A DNA stretch of 64,000 nt. Source: a virus (Duplodnaviria; Heunggongvirae; Uroviricota; Caudoviricetes; Schitoviridae). This document shows, one piece after another, positions 20,503 through 31,443 of this stretch (its first letter is position 1; each line of letters starts with the position of its first letter). The stretch lies in the IMG/VR virus record IMGVR_UViG_3300033155_001073. One strand, written 5' to 3'. The translations under genes and the position numbers were made by a program. The notes beneath the pieces are model-generated. The model was given only the letters and a program-made list of their open reading frames with translations, was not told the DNA's origin and did not search any database.

Positions 20503-23040
20503 TTATTTACATTCTTTCCAAATTTTATTTAAACCCTGGATCCGTTTAGTTAATGTTGCATATTCTTGTGCAGCATTAAAAGTAACTGTATCAGTATCTT
20601 CCTCAACAACTTCCCGGGTAATATTAATTTCACTAAGTGCAGCATACTGGATATCAGCTATTTCAGCTAATATCTTATTGTACTCTACACGCATAGCTTC
20701 TACTTCTTTCTTATTCAACCCTTTACGCATCTCTGCGGATAGAGTGGCTATATTCTCTTTCTTATTTACTGGTTTACCATCTTTATACTCAAAGAGGTCT
20801 TTAACCGTAATTGCTTTCTTAGGTTCTGCTTTAACTTCCGCTTTCGCCTCAACCTCCGGCTTCGCCTTTGGTTGCGCCTCAGCTAATGTAGTAATCTGTT
20901 GGATCGTAGCTTCAATAAGATTAACTTCATTCTCAATCTGAGTAATGAACTTAGGTGAATGCGTTTTAATATCTAACTTAGCCTTTTGACTGGCCAGGAA
21001 GTTATTTAATTTACTTAAAACTGTAGTTACTGCTTCAGTATCTCCTTTACGAATAGCAGTTTTGGCATTACTCATATGAGTTTCAACGCCTACAAACTTA
21101 CTACCTTTGGACCCTTTTAGTACGTTGTCTGTAACATTATCAATATTACGAGCAACTACCACGGCCTCTTGGAAATCATTAAGATCTTCCACAACTTTAA
21201 CTTCTTCTGGTGTTGCATTCTCTCTAAATGAAGAATCACTACCTAAACCACGCTTAACATCTACAGGAGACACAGTCGCACTATTTCGTACATGTGATGC
21301 TAAATTTTCTGCTGCTTCTTTAGCTTGCTCAGGAGAGGCATCTTTATTGGTTAAAGTATCAACTGTTTCTTTAACCGGTGTAGCACGACTCTCAATTACT
21401 TTATCATATAAGGTATTTAGATCAGTCTCATATTTAACTAATTTAGTAGTATCTACATTAACATCATCAGCGTATTGGTTAATAAACTCTTCAAACTTAT
21501 CTAAATACTCATCTTGTTTTTCAACAGGAATATCTGAGAAAGGCACACGCTGTATCTCTTTAATACCTAACTCAGGCTTATTATTCTTTTTGGCTCGAGC
21601 TATGATCTTATCTGTTGTTCCTATACCTCTATCAACTAAAGATACTTTAGCTTTTGTAGCTACTTTATGAACTGTTTTACGAACCTTGTCAGCCCCTTTA
21701 GTGATATCTTTAACTGCACTCACAGTAGATGAAGGAACTGAAATAGCTCCACCAATTGCAGCACCAATAACACCAGCCACAGCTGCCTGTTTACCATCTA
21801 TTTTAGAGATATCTTGTTTTACAGCCTGGCCTTCTAAGATCTCCTGGGCTGCTTCAGTCACACCTTCCACTGCGGTGGCTTTAACAACCTTTACAGGAGC
21901 TGTACCAGTTACCTTACTCAATTTACCTGCTATATCTTTAAGGCTCTTAGGGAGCTCTATACCAAGCTTACTACCTATATTAAGCACACTACGGAACCCT
22001 GTAGCAGCTCCAAAGGATACTTTAGCACCAATAGCATCTAAACCAACTGAGCCATAAACTAATAAGGCCATATAGGCCATTTCTTCTGGTTCTGCTGGGC
22101 GTTTATGCTCTTCTTCAAATTCTTTAGTACTAGCAGCCAACATGTCTGAGCCAATTGTTGCAATGGCAACTGGGGCATTCTTTGCTAATGCCACCATATG
22201 AGCAACTGAATCGACTAATAGCTCAGTAGCGGCGCCTGTATCTTGTGTAACAAGGTTCTTAATAGAAGCCAGAATTGTGCCTGTAGCCTCTCCATAATTA
22301 CCTTCATCTATTTCTACTGCGGCACGTTCCACTTCATCGCGGACCCGGGCAACAGCCTTATCTTTACTTCCTTTATTTACCCACTTTTCTAACTGAGTAA
22401 ATGGTTGAGTTAAAACCTCACGAATCTCTTCACGGGCTTCACCTTCTTTTAATCGTTTAAATGATCCCGTACCTTGAGAGGTACGTTGTTGATTAGGATC
22501 AGAGAATAACTCTTCTTCCTCAGTTAACTGAGTAGAGTCGAACTGTGCACGTACTTCATCAATCTGTGCAGAAGTATACGTACCAGGTGGCTGTGCAGCC
22601 ATTTCTTTTAATTGTGCATTTAACTTAGAGCCAGCTTCTCTCTTATCATTAATAGTTTTGAAACGAGCTTTATCTTCAGTAGGTATAGTTGCATCATCGT
22701 ATGCATCCGCCAGGTTCACTCCTAAACGAGCCGGCATGCCAATAGCAACATCAGCAACCTTACTGGTAAGGTTTAATCCAAGATTGGCAGCATAACCTAA
22801 AGGACTATCAACAGCTTCATCTGATAGAACCGCTTCGTCTTCACGTTGTACTTTAGCTTGATACTCTTGCTGAGCCAATTGGCGTAAATTAGCAACATCT
22901 GCATTGAGCGCAAGTTCAGCTTCACTAGGACCAAAAATACTATTTATTTTAGCTACACTACTTAATTGTTTATCAGCAATTTTCGAGTCTAAATTAGCTC
23001 GTTTAAACTCCGATAAAGCTTGTGGATTATATTGTGGCAT
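20503..23040 (-). CDS. large virion protein (845 aa, coiled-coil rich)
   Basis: Late operon; long helical K/E/A-rich segments. Confidence 0.45.
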   Translation of the reverse strand: MPQYNPQALSEFKRANLDSKIADKQLSSVAKINSIFGPSEAELALNADVANLRQLAQQEYQAKVQREDEAVLSDEAVDSPLGYAANLGLNLTSKVADVAIGMPARLGVNLADAYDDATIPTEDKARFKTINDKREAGSKLNAQLKEMAAQPPGTYTSAQIDEVRAQFDSTQLTEEEELFSDPNQQRTSQGTGSFKRLKEGEAREEIREVLTQPFTQLEKWVNKGSKDKAVARVRDEVERAAVEIDEGNYGEATGTILASIKNLVTQDTGAATELLVDSVAHMVALAKNAPVAIATIGSDMLAASTKEFEEEHKRPAEPEEMAYMALLVYGSVGLDAIGAKVSFGAATGFRSVLNIGSKLGIELPKSLKDIAGKLSKVTGTAPVKVVKATAVEGVTEAAQEILEGQAVKQDISKIDGKQAAVAGVIGAAIGGAISVPSSTVSAVKDITKGADKVRKTVHKVATKAKVSLVDRGIGTTDKIIARAKKNNKPELGIKEIQRVPFSDIPVEKQDEYLDKFEEFINQYADDVNVDTTKLVKYETDLNTLYDKVIESRATPVKETVDTLTNKDASPEQAKEAAENLASHVRNSATVSPVDVKRGLGSDSSFRENATPEEVKVVEDLNDFQEAVVVARNIDNVTDNVLKGSKGSKFVGVETHMSNAKTAIRKGDTEAVTTVLSKLNNFLASQKAKLDIKTHSPKFITQIENEVNLIEATIQQITTLAEAQPKAKPEVEAKAEVKAEPKKAITVKDLFEYKDGKPVNKKENIATLSAEMRKGLNKKEVEAMRVEYNKILAEIADIQYAALSEINITREVVEEDTDTVTFNAAQEYATLTKRIQGLNKIWKECK

Positions 23041-23043
23041 TTA

Positions 23044-24186
23044 TTACTTCGCTGCACGTTGTAGTTGCTCTAATAGTCTAGCACTTTCAGAGGTTTGTAA
23101 ATTTTTAGTGAAAGTTGTACTTTCTTTAAGACGAGATAACTGTAGCTCTGTACTACGCTTAGCAAAATCACGCTTAGCTTTAGTAGCATTAGCAGCCATA
23201 GCTTTATACTTTGGATCAAAGGCTAAGTCTCTTAGTGTCTCTTTAAATGCAGTTTTACCTACAGTAGCATTACCCCATGCATCTCCATAAGTCTGGCCAG
23301 TAAGATCCATAGCCATAGCAAACATCCAAGGCTCAACTTTACGAGTACCTTCCTTGAATTTATCTCCTACTTTAATACCAACAGAGCCATTATCCGTAAT
23401 ACCATTTAGCTGGAATTCTTTAATTGAACCAGTTAGATCTGAGCCACCTGCTCCTGCTAACCAAGATGATTTAGGATAGTCTGTACGTGCTTTAGTATAC
23501 ACATCTTGGAAAGACATAGCATTACCCTCAGCATTGAGAGTATGAGAAATTGGGTTAGCTGCTAATACAGAATCACGTTCTGCTGTAGCTTGTTGTAATG
23601 CTGCATTACTAAGGATATCTAATTCTTTATCATGTTGATCAGCAGCTACTTGAGCTTCTGGAGACAAACTAGTACGCTCACTATATTGACTCTTTAAATC
23701 GTTAACACTTTGAGTAATCTGACCAGATGATGCACCTGCATCACGTAATTGCTGTGTTAAAGTAGCTACTTGCCCTTTAATACCTACAGCACCTTCCTGG
23801 CCTGGTATATTAGCTTGTGCAACCTGGTTAGGTAATTGTCCAATAAGTTTATTACGTACACGAGTCTCTTCTTCACGAAGTGCAGGAGTTTTGGCTTGGA
23901 GAGCTTTACTAATAGCAGTTGTATCAACGTCTGTACCAAATTGTTGTTTTATTGCATTTAGATCAAAATCACCTTCTCGGGCAGCAAAGTCTTCTTGTGA
24001 AGTGATGCCACGCAACTCATTAAGTACACTTTCTGTATTAGCTTTAGTTGCACGTTTTGTACGATCTTCTGCAGCACCTGAAAAGTTCTCAAAAGCTTTA
24101 CTAAAGAGAGAGCCAGCACTCTTTAAAGAAGCAGCTCCGGCACTAGTTTCATCACCAGTTACATTAGTCCATTTTAATGTTGACAT
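23044..24186 (-). CDS. virion protein (380 aa)
   Basis: Late operon. Confidence 0.4.
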   Translation of the reverse strand: MSTLKWTNVTGDETSAGAASLKSAGSLFSKAFENFSGAAEDRTKRATKANTESVLNELRGITSQEDFAAREGDFDLNAIKQQFGTDVDTTAISKALQAKTPALREEETRVRNKLIGQLPNQVAQANIPGQEGAVGIKGQVATLTQQLRDAGASSGQITQSVNDLKSQYSERTSLSPEAQVAADQHDKELDILSNAALQQATAERDSVLAANPISHTLNAEGNAMSFQDVYTKARTDYPKSSWLAGAGGSDLTGSIKEFQLNGITDNGSVGIKVGDKFKEGTRKVEPWMFAMAMDLTGQTYGDAWGNATVGKTAFKETLRDLAFDPKYKAMAANATKAKRDFAKRSTELQLSRLKESTTFTKNLQTSESARLLEQLQRAAK

Positions 24187-24195
24187 AATAACTCC

Positions 24196-24723
24196 TTAAA
24201 TAGCTTTGCCAGATACTTGGCGTGGTTTCAAATATGACTGTAAATCAGACTGTAATGATGCTTGATCTGGTTGTGCTTGTCCAGGAGCGTATTGGCCACT
24301 AGTCTCCATACGAGAACGCTGGCGTGCTTCTTGCTCATTATTAATTAACTTAGCTTGGTTAGCTAAGTTCACATTAAAGGAGTCTTTTGCAAAGCCAAAT
24401 TGCTCTTTACCTAATTTGAGAGCTTCTGCTCCTAAATAAGTATTAGCCACACCTTGGCCTACTTTGGCCCAGTCGCCAAAGGAGAATCCTTGGCCTCCGC
24501 CATCTTCGGCACCAGTAAAACCAGTGCTATCAGCACCATCATCATAAGCACCACTAGTATAAGATGGTACGCTATAACCTTGGTTAGCATATACAGGTTG
24601 CTGTTGTTGATCCCAAGCGTAACTTTGTGGTTGCTGTTGAGCATTAAATACACTAGGTTGCTGTGGGTTAAATGTATTGCCATAATTTATTGGCTGAAAT
24701 ACTTGATTCGCAGGTCTTGACAT
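24196..24723 (-). CDS. virion-module protein with Q/N/Y-rich low-complexity N-terminus
   Basis: PQQPSVFNAQQQPQSYAWDQQQQPVYANQGY... tract. Confidence 0.4.
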   Translation of the reverse strand: MSRPANQVFQPINYGNTFNPQQPSVFNAQQQPQSYAWDQQQQPVYANQGYSVPSYTSGAYDDGADSTGFTGAEDGGGQGFSFGDWAKVGQGVANTYLGAEALKLGKEQFGFAKDSFNVNLANQAKLINNEQEARQRSRMETSGQYAPGQAQPDQASLQSDLQSYLKPRQVSGKAI

Positions 24724-24763
24724 TATTCGTTCCTCTTGATTATATGTGTGATTATAGCATTTA

Positions 24764-27001
24764 TTATATAGTAGGGCTAGAAGTACCCGGATATTCTTCT
24801 AATTCAGGTAATTCAAGCAATCTATCTACATATGTTTCTACTTGTGTTAATACAGCTACACCCGGGTTACCGGTATGCACCGTACGCTGATAAAAGTCTT
24901 GTGGAGTCTCATATGGATCCGTCTTCATAGCAGTGATGATACCTAATGGATCTATCCCTTGGGACCCATCCAATAAATCTCTAGCATTATCAAGGTCTTC
25001 CTGCCGTTCTTCTGCTGATTTGAGAAAATCTAGTTGTTCTTCTTCTAAAAGATCAGCTTGTATGGCTATATCCACATCTATTGCAGTAACCAAATTCATT
25101 AGTGTTTCTGCAGAAAAGAACCCTCCTTCACCACCAGAACCACCAAAGTAATATTGAGCATATAAATAGGCGGCAACTATAACAGCCTTATCAGTATCTG
25201 TTTCTGCTTGGAGTAGCAATTCTTCTAAAACTAAATTTAACGCATATTGAATAAGCATTTGTTTAGCTAATTCCCATAAAAAAGCAGAATAAGTAGTTGT
25301 TGCTCCCCATGAGTAATACAGCATTACTAAAGATACAACTTGCAAAACCACGGATACTAAACTATTAAATGCTCCAGTTTCATACCAATCAAGATACACA
25401 CTATCTACAGCATACATTGTAAGAGATAAAGACTCATATAAAACAGTCTCTTTATCATGGTATGAGAAATCTTCTAATACATCTAGTGATAACGGAATAC
25501 TAAAATTAGCCATTGTTGTTGGGTCTGAAGATATTTCAGTTGTAAATATCTTAAAGGTACCCGGTACAGTTTGGATACTAGTTAAAGAAAACAATCCCTG
25601 TACACGTAATTCAGTGTAGTTAGTAGCACTATATTGATACCGATAAATAATATAACTATTAACACCGCCTCCGGTTGTTACATTATTTGCATCAGTCGAC
25701 CAGGCAGTATTGTCTAATACAGTTATAGTAGAATTATAAGTCCCTTCATCTCCGATAGAACCCTCAACATCAGTCTCATCTATCCAATTATATGATAGAA
25801 CCGCTGTATATGTTTGCTCATCAATCTTAACAGTATTAATATCTTGCCCAGATGGATTAGCTTCGTACTCAGCTTTAGATATACCACCACTAAGGTAGAA
25901 TTGATGAAACATAACATAAAGAGCTTTTAAGCTACTTTGAGAAGTATTATACAGATTAACAGCAAATAGAAAAAATGCATCTTCAATGAGAGCAATATCA
26001 TCATTTTCTTCAATACTAGATATCACCTCATCATAATTAAGATTAACCTGGTTCATAATCTCTCTACTAGTAGTTGCAGCAACTTCACTATAACTAGGGC
26101 CAGTATCATCATTTGTACTATAGAATTCTTCTCTTAATGGTACAATAGGTAACATATCCTGGGTGAAAACTCCTGCGCCTGCAGATGAGTCTAAATCAGT
26201 ATAAGTCCCAAGTCCTTTCTCATATGACCAGTTTAGAGTAACCCCTGAGTCAGAAACTAACTCATAAGTCACCATATAATAGTTACCAGTAAGATTATGT
26301 GCACTGGTAGTTAATTCTTCTTCTAATAAGGTAGGGACAGGAGGTTCACCAATATCTTCAGTTGTAGATAAAGATACATCATATGTTCCGTCAGCAGTTC
26401 CTGCTACATAACTATCATAAGTGTACCAATAGTCATCTGCCATTTGATAAGTATCATCAACTGAATCATAAGGATAGTTTGCATATAGCCAATCTTTAAC
26501 CCAAAAATCAGATTCCATAACTGCTAAACTAGTACTAAGGATAGTAATTGCTTCTCCCTCAATACCTTCAATTATTGTTTCAATAGCATTAGCATCAATT
26601 GTTGTATAAGACATGGAAGCAGTTGGTAACCCATGGGTATAAGATGTCTTACCATAATCTAAATATTTATTTGCTGTGGCCATCGCCCCAGTTAATACAG
26701 CTTGTTGGATCCTGGCTACGATATCATCTTTCTCTCGCACAGCAGTAAGTACTGCTCTTTGTAAGGAATCTGGTATTACGTCATCAATTAAAGGAGCAGT
26801 AATAACTTGTACTCCATAAAATTCTTCATCTACAAATCCAAGTAGATTCCATATTGCAGCTACTTGTGGGTACCCTATACTTTTCCACGTTTCTTCTGTG
26901 TACCATCCACCCATTATCGCAGCAGATTCTACAAAAGCTTCTACTACAAAATCTTCAAGTTCATCAGGGATAATATCAAGGGGATCAGCGCAAGTTGGCA
27001 T
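24764..27001 (-). CDS. large virion protein (745 aa)
   Basis: Late operon. Confidence 0.45.
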   Translation of the reverse strand: MPTCADPLDIIPDELEDFVVEAFVESAAIMGGWYTEETWKSIGYPQVAAIWNLLGFVDEEFYGVQVITAPLIDDVIPDSLQRAVLTAVREKDDIVARIQQAVLTGAMATANKYLDYGKTSYTHGLPTASMSYTTIDANAIETIIEGIEGEAITILSTSLAVMESDFWVKDWLYANYPYDSVDDTYQMADDYWYTYDSYVAGTADGTYDVSLSTTEDIGEPPVPTLLEEELTTSAHNLTGNYYMVTYELVSDSGVTLNWSYEKGLGTYTDLDSSAGAGVFTQDMLPIVPLREEFYSTNDDTGPSYSEVAATTSREIMNQVNLNYDEVISSIEENDDIALIEDAFFLFAVNLYNTSQSSLKALYVMFHQFYLSGGISKAEYEANPSGQDINTVKIDEQTYTAVLSYNWIDETDVEGSIGDEGTYNSTITVLDNTAWSTDANNVTTGGGVNSYIIYRYQYSATNYTELRVQGLFSLTSIQTVPGTFKIFTTEISSDPTTMANFSIPLSLDVLEDFSYHDKETVLYESLSLTMYAVDSVYLDWYETGAFNSLVSVVLQVVSLVMLYYSWGATTTYSAFLWELAKQMLIQYALNLVLEELLLQAETDTDKAVIVAAYLYAQYYFGGSGGEGGFFSAETLMNLVTAIDVDIAIQADLLEEEQLDFLKSAEERQEDLDNARDLLDGSQGIDPLGIITAMKTDPYETPQDFYQRTVHTGNPGVAVLTQVETYVDRLLELPELEEYPGTSSPTI

Positions 27002-27002
27002 A

Positions 27003-27488
27003 TTAGAGCTCTCTTAAGTGAAGATTGGTTAAAGCCAATTGGCTATCAAATTCAAGAAGCATTTTAATAAACTCAACCCGATTCATTTGGAACATTTTAT
27101 ATGACACCTTTTGGAGTAGCTCTATATGTCTATTACAAACAGGATCTCGTGGTGTGTAACGAAGTATAAGACCTAATTTATAAAGCTCATGAACTAATAT
27201 CGCTTTAGCTTCCGGAGTCTCTGAATAAAGGACAACAACATTACCACGAATCTTACCTACTGGAACCATATATAAGAAGCCAATAGTTTTCTTATCAACC
27301 ACAACGGCTAAAGCCAATCCAGTAGCTACCGCTTCCTTCATTAAATTTAACTGGTGAGTTATTTCTGACGCATGAAAAAAACCGGTAATGGAATCCATAT
27401 ACCGGCTACAATGCTCCTCTACCTGGTTATCTTCTATAGTAACCAAGTTATACGTGTAAGAGGAGTCTACATAATTGTTATACTCCAT
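27003..27488 (-). CDS. hypothetical virion-module protein
   Basis: ORF. Confidence 0.4.
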   Translation of the reverse strand: MEYNNYVDSSYTYNLVTIEDNQVEEHCSRYMDSITGFFHASEITHQLNLMKEAVATGLALAVVVDKKTIGFLYMVPVGKIRGNVVVLYSETPEAKAILVHELYKLGLILRYTPRDPVCNRHIELLQKVSYKMFQMNRVEFIKMLLEFDSQLALTNLHLREL

Positions 27489-27496
27489 ATTGCTCC

Positions 27497-28003
27497 TTAT
27501 GCTGGAGGTGTGACATCCAACGTAACACCAACACCAAGCGCTGCTTTTGCTACTACTAACGAAATATCAACATCATCTAGTCCACCTGGGACTGATGCTG
27601 AAGTACCTAAAGCTGAACGATTAATAGCATATACATCACTAAATATTTTAGCCATCTTCTGTTCTGCATCACGAGCAAACCCATCTGTTTGTGCGACGAT
27701 TAAGTCTTGACGTTTTTTAGCAGTACCACCAGTTGCATCAGTTGTTTCACTAAGTTCAGTCACAGTCTTCTGCGCTAATAATTCAGCTTGCTTATCCGCT
27801 TGAGGAGCCCCCAATACGAATTGGATAGCCTGTGTAAGAACAGCCTGCAGCATGCCAAGATATACAGTTGAGTAATCTTTAGCTGTAATACGATTGGCTT
27901 GATACTCTCGCAGAAGATGTAATTCTCCTGCTTGCATAAGCTTATCAAACGCACCAGAGCCATCAATGGCTCCAGTGGTTACATCTGTAATAGCAATAGC
28001 CAT
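27497..28003 (-). CDS. hypothetical virion-module protein
   Basis: ORF. Confidence 0.4.
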   Translation of the reverse strand: MAIAITDVTTGAIDGSGAFDKLMQAGELHLLREYQANRITAKDYSTVYLGMLQAVLTQAIQFVLGAPQADKQAELLAQKTVTELSETTDATGGTAKKRQDLIVAQTDGFARDAEQKMAKIFSDVYAINRSALGTSASVPGGLDDVDISLVVAKAALGVGVTLDVTPPA

Positions 28004-28563
28004 TATGCGTCCCGATCAATAGTGCCAGCAGCAGTTTGACGATCAGCTAATGCAGACATTTCTTTATTAGTAAGTGGAGGAAGAACAACAACATTAAATT
28101 CTTTAATAGATTTACCTTTCATAATCTTCTTTCCTGTAGTAGTTGTAGATGGTACGAAGATCTGACAACGTCGTTCACGTAAGTGATTAACGATAATTGC
28201 TGGAACATGCCAACCTTCTTCTGCATCAAAGTGTACATACTTCTTAACTGTACCAATAAGAGCATTAGACACAGAGAAGAACTCACCTGTCATAGACTTC
28301 TTATTTGGATTCATACATGTAGCTACAATACGTACAAGCTTATTAGCTTCTTTACGTTTACGTTGTGCTAATGCTTGTTTTGACTCAGGTTCTTTATATT
28401 CTACCTGGGGCAATGATAATTCTGGTTTTGCTTCTACTTCTTTGGAAGCATTTAATTCTTTGAACGCTGTTACTTTCGCTAATAGCGTAGCTTCACCAAT
28501 GTTACCACTGAATGTGATACCTAAATCGGTTGCTTCTTTCTTTAATGTTACTAAATCTGTCAT
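28003..28563 (-). CDS. hypothetical virion-module protein
   Basis: ORF; ATGA coupling with upstream gene. Confidence 0.4.
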   Translation of the reverse strand: MTDLVTLKKEATDLGITFSGNIGEATLLAKVTAFKELNASKEVEAKPELSLPQVEYKEPESKQALAQRKRKEANKLVRIVATCMNPNKKSMTGEFFSVSNALIGTVKKYVHFDAEEGWHVPAIIVNHLRERRCQIFVPSTTTTGKKIMKGKSIKEFNVVVLPPLTNKEMSALADRQTAAGTIDRDA

Positions 28564-28607
28564 AATAATATCCTCTACCTTTTTATATGAGGTTGGTACC
28601 TCGTTTA

Positions 28608-28639
28608 ATAATTAAAAATGGATGCCCCCATTATTGGGG
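28608..28639 (-). terminator. hairpin (ccccattattgggg) plus U-rich tract downstream of the capsid gene
   Basis: Palindrome 28626-28639; transcript then reads UUUUUAAUUAUU. Confidence 0.45.
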
Positions 28640-28664
28640 ACACCTATTTAGTTAGCCGTTATTC

Positions 28665-30188
28665 TTAATAACGAGCTGCTGAGTAAACTACAGCTAAACG
28701 CTCAGAGCGTAAGATCATAGTACCGTAGTACCACTTAATGCTGTAGAAACCAGTTTCACCATATGGATCACTTGCGTAAGACTCAGTAGAACCAGGCTTA
28801 GCATGCTTGATCTTAAACTTAACAGATTTACCGTCAGTTTGGAAACCAATAGTAGTAAATGAACCTTCACCAACAACTAACATTGGGAATACATCGTAAT
28901 TACCACTTGTTGCAACATAACCTGCGTTAGTACCTTCAGCTGCACCAGCGCCTTCCCACTTCATCATCTCAGGAACAACAACGATACGGAATTGATCAAC
29001 AGAACCGATCTCACCAGTAACAGTGTTAGTGCCTGCAGCGTACTGATGTACCGGTACGAATGCTGGCTCACTATGGAAATCAGTCATACGACGAATCGAA
29101 GGAATCATTTCAGAACCAATATACATAATACGAGCTGCATCGATAGTACGAGTATCAATCATGCGAGTACCAGTAATTACTTTGGTCTTCTTAGGTGTAC
29201 GGTTATTATCAAGATCGATAGATAAACGAACGAAGTCTTCATAAGTAACTTCAGTGATACCAGAAGCAGTTACGCCTGTGATTTCAGAGATGTTGGTTGC
29301 AGCACCTGCGAAGCGAACTACGCCTGCACCTTGAAGTAAATCAATTTGTAATGCATCTTCAGTGATCTCATTCGCGCCCATTACAGACTCACGGATGATA
29401 TGACCTTCTAATTCAGCATCTGAATCGAAATCGATAGCTTCTTGAGTGTATTCATCGAAGAAACCCATCTTAGTGATAGTACCTTCAATTTGTACACGAG
29501 TGAAACCAACACGGTTAACACGACCACCATTCTCAGATAAAGCCGGAAGCTTACCAGAAATAGTACCGATGTCTTTGCTTGAACCATAGATGTTACCAAG
29601 ATCTTGCTTAACACGACCAGCTGAAATCAATAAAGCTGAAGTAGCTTCTGCAGGAGCAAAACGATAACCTAAGTCATACGCTAAACCATCTGTAGTATTA
29701 GCAATATCAGTGAAACGTAAATCTTCAGTTGCACCAACGATAGTCTGTTCAAGACCGCCAACGATTGCTAAGGCTTCAACCCATGCATTAATCTTAGTTT
29801 GAACATCAGTTACTGCAGCAGCAGGAGTAGAACCAGTACCAGCGAATACAATTTCTCCGCCTGTGCCAGCTTCAACTGCGCCATCATTATCAATACCAGG
29901 GCCAGAAACTACGATAGTAATATTCTGTTCACCATCAGCAGCAGTATTACCTGAAGCATCAATACCTTGGTCATTGACGTTACGGTCATCGAGCAATGGT
30001 AAGTAATGGTATTGCTTAATGGTTTTACCCATGTTCTTCGGCATAGCAATTACATCTGCTAATTGACCGAAATATGTTTCTTTCTTGGCTTCAATCAACG
30101 CTTTCTTGTTGAAATAGTCCGTACGTAGTTGACCACCACCGATATCTGAATCTGTACCGCCGGCTGGATCATTATAATTAATTGGCAT
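28665..30188 (-). CDS. major capsid protein (507 aa)
   Basis: Sits between scaffold-like and portal genes; followed by a terminator; composition typical of HK97-fold capsid. No motif-level proof. Confidence 0.6.
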   Translation of the reverse strand: MPINYNDPAGGTDSDIGGGQLRTDYFNKKALIEAKKETYFGQLADVIAMPKNMGKTIKQYHYLPLLDDRNVNDQGIDASGNTAADGEQNITIVVSGPGIDNDGAVEAGTGGEIVFAGTGSTPAAAVTDVQTKINAWVEALAIVGGLEQTIVGATEDLRFTDIANTTDGLAYDLGYRFAPAEATSALLISAGRVKQDLGNIYGSSKDIGTISGKLPALSENGGRVNRVGFTRVQIEGTITKMGFFDEYTQEAIDFDSDAELEGHIIRESVMGANEITEDALQIDLLQGAGVVRFAGAATNISEITGVTASGITEVTYEDFVRLSIDLDNNRTPKKTKVITGTRMIDTRTIDAARIMYIGSEMIPSIRRMTDFHSEPAFVPVHQYAAGTNTVTGEIGSVDQFRIVVVPEMMKWEGAGAAEGTNAGYVATSGNYDVFPMLVVGEGSFTTIGFQTDGKSVKFKIKHAKPGSTESYASDPYGETGFYSIKWYYGTMILRSERLAVVYSAARY

Positions 30189-30231
30189 AATTTATTACCT
30201 CACTGTTTATATATTGTTAGCATTATTGCTA

Positions 30232-31443
30232 TTAAAATAAACCGTCAGTACCCATTTTTTCAAAGTCTTCATCTGACATACTTAATGGATCAAAGTCTGA
30301 TTTAGCCTTCTTATTTTTAGTTACTGTTAGTTTAGTGGAACTTGCTGCTTTTTTACGCTTCTTTACTTTTGGATCAACAGGTTTAGCTGGCTTTTCACCT
30401 GAAGGATTCTGTTCCAATTGCTGAGCGTCTTCAAATCCGCCTGCTTCATGAATTGCATCACCTACATGTTTATATGCATCGATATCAGACATACCTTCGA
30501 GATTGCCTAATACACGTTCACGATTCATTACCTGGGTAATTTTATCGTAAATCCCTGTAGCCACATGATCATTAATGGTCTTGATAACTTCAGGGTTATT
30601 AACTAAAATCTGTTTACTCTTCGCGTCCCACTTGTTGCTAACAATATCAATAGTTTGTTCAAAAGAATCTGTGTCTCGTATATCATCGAGTATTCCATCC
30701 AAGTTAACTTCATTATCGCTTACAGTGTAAGTATCTTTCGTTTCGTATCCATGCTCTTGTTCTAAATCTAACTCAAGTGGGTTAGTACCGCTGTCCTTGA
30801 GTAATTTCGTTATTGCAGAAGGATCTTTCTTTTGAAGATCGATTAGATAGCTAAGGCTTTCCTCGTTCAACAAATCGTTGTTCTCTAACATCTTAATAAA
30901 CTTTAGATTGGGCTTAATTGCAGCCATCTTTTTATTATAGTTAGCACCCATCTGCATGAGTTTTCTTATATCTTCTACAGAGTCAATCTGCATGTCCTTG
31001 CCATTTGCACGGAAAGGAGCCGTTATTTCTTTAACAAAGTCTTCAGCGCTATTAATCGCTGGTTCATCTTTGTCATCTTTATCTTTATCTTTGTCTTTGT
31101 CTTCGTCTGAAGCTTCATCGTCCTCAGAGCCGCCTTCACCATCTTCCGGCTTATCGCCTACAGCTGGCTTGTCGTCTTCTTCGTCTGAATCTGCATCTGG
31201 ATCAGCATCATCGTCTGCATCAGCTTCGTCGCTATCATCTGATGTTGCATCATCAGCATCTGTAGATTCGTCATTTGCATCATCTTCTGTATTTAAGTCA
31301 TCATCTTCCTGATTTTCATCAGGAGCGTCAGAACCCGCGTCCTCAGACGCAGATTCATCAAACATTGCAGCTATATCAGTATCTGATAATTTTGCGAAGT
31401 CTTCATCGGATAATTCCAATGGATCAATAGTACCCTCACTCAT
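30232..31443 (-). CDS. scaffold-like protein with ~110-aa poly-acidic tract
   Basis: Position between portal and capsid; D/E-rich KDKD repeats; matching N- and C-terminal motifs DPLELSDEDFAKL / DPLSMSDEDFEKM. Confidence 0.45.
   Translation of the reverse strand: MSEGTIDPLELSDEDFAKLSDTDIAAMFDESASEDAGSDAPDENQEDDDLNTEDDANDESTDADDATSDDSDEADADDDADPDADSDEEDDKPAVGDKPEDGEGGSEDDEASDEDKDKDKDKDDKDEPAINSAEDFVKEITAPFRANGKDMQIDSVEDIRKLMQMGANYNKKMAAIKPNLKFIKMLENNDLLNEESLSYLIDLQKKDPSAITKLLKDSGTNPLELDLEQEHGYETKDTYTVSDNEVNLDGILDDIRDTDSFEQTIDIVSNKWDAKSKQILVNNPEVIKTINDHVATGIYDKITQVMNRERVLGNLEGMSDIDAYKHVGDAIHEAGGFEDAQQLEQNPSGEKPAKPVDPKVKKRKKAASSTKLTVTKNKKAKSDFDPLSMSDEDFEKMGTDGLF

Noticed and set aside
30956-31312. 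118-aa Ser-rich + strand ORF
   Set aside because: It is the mirror of the poly-acidic repeat region of the scaffold-like gene (GAx repeats read as TCx on the opposite strand).
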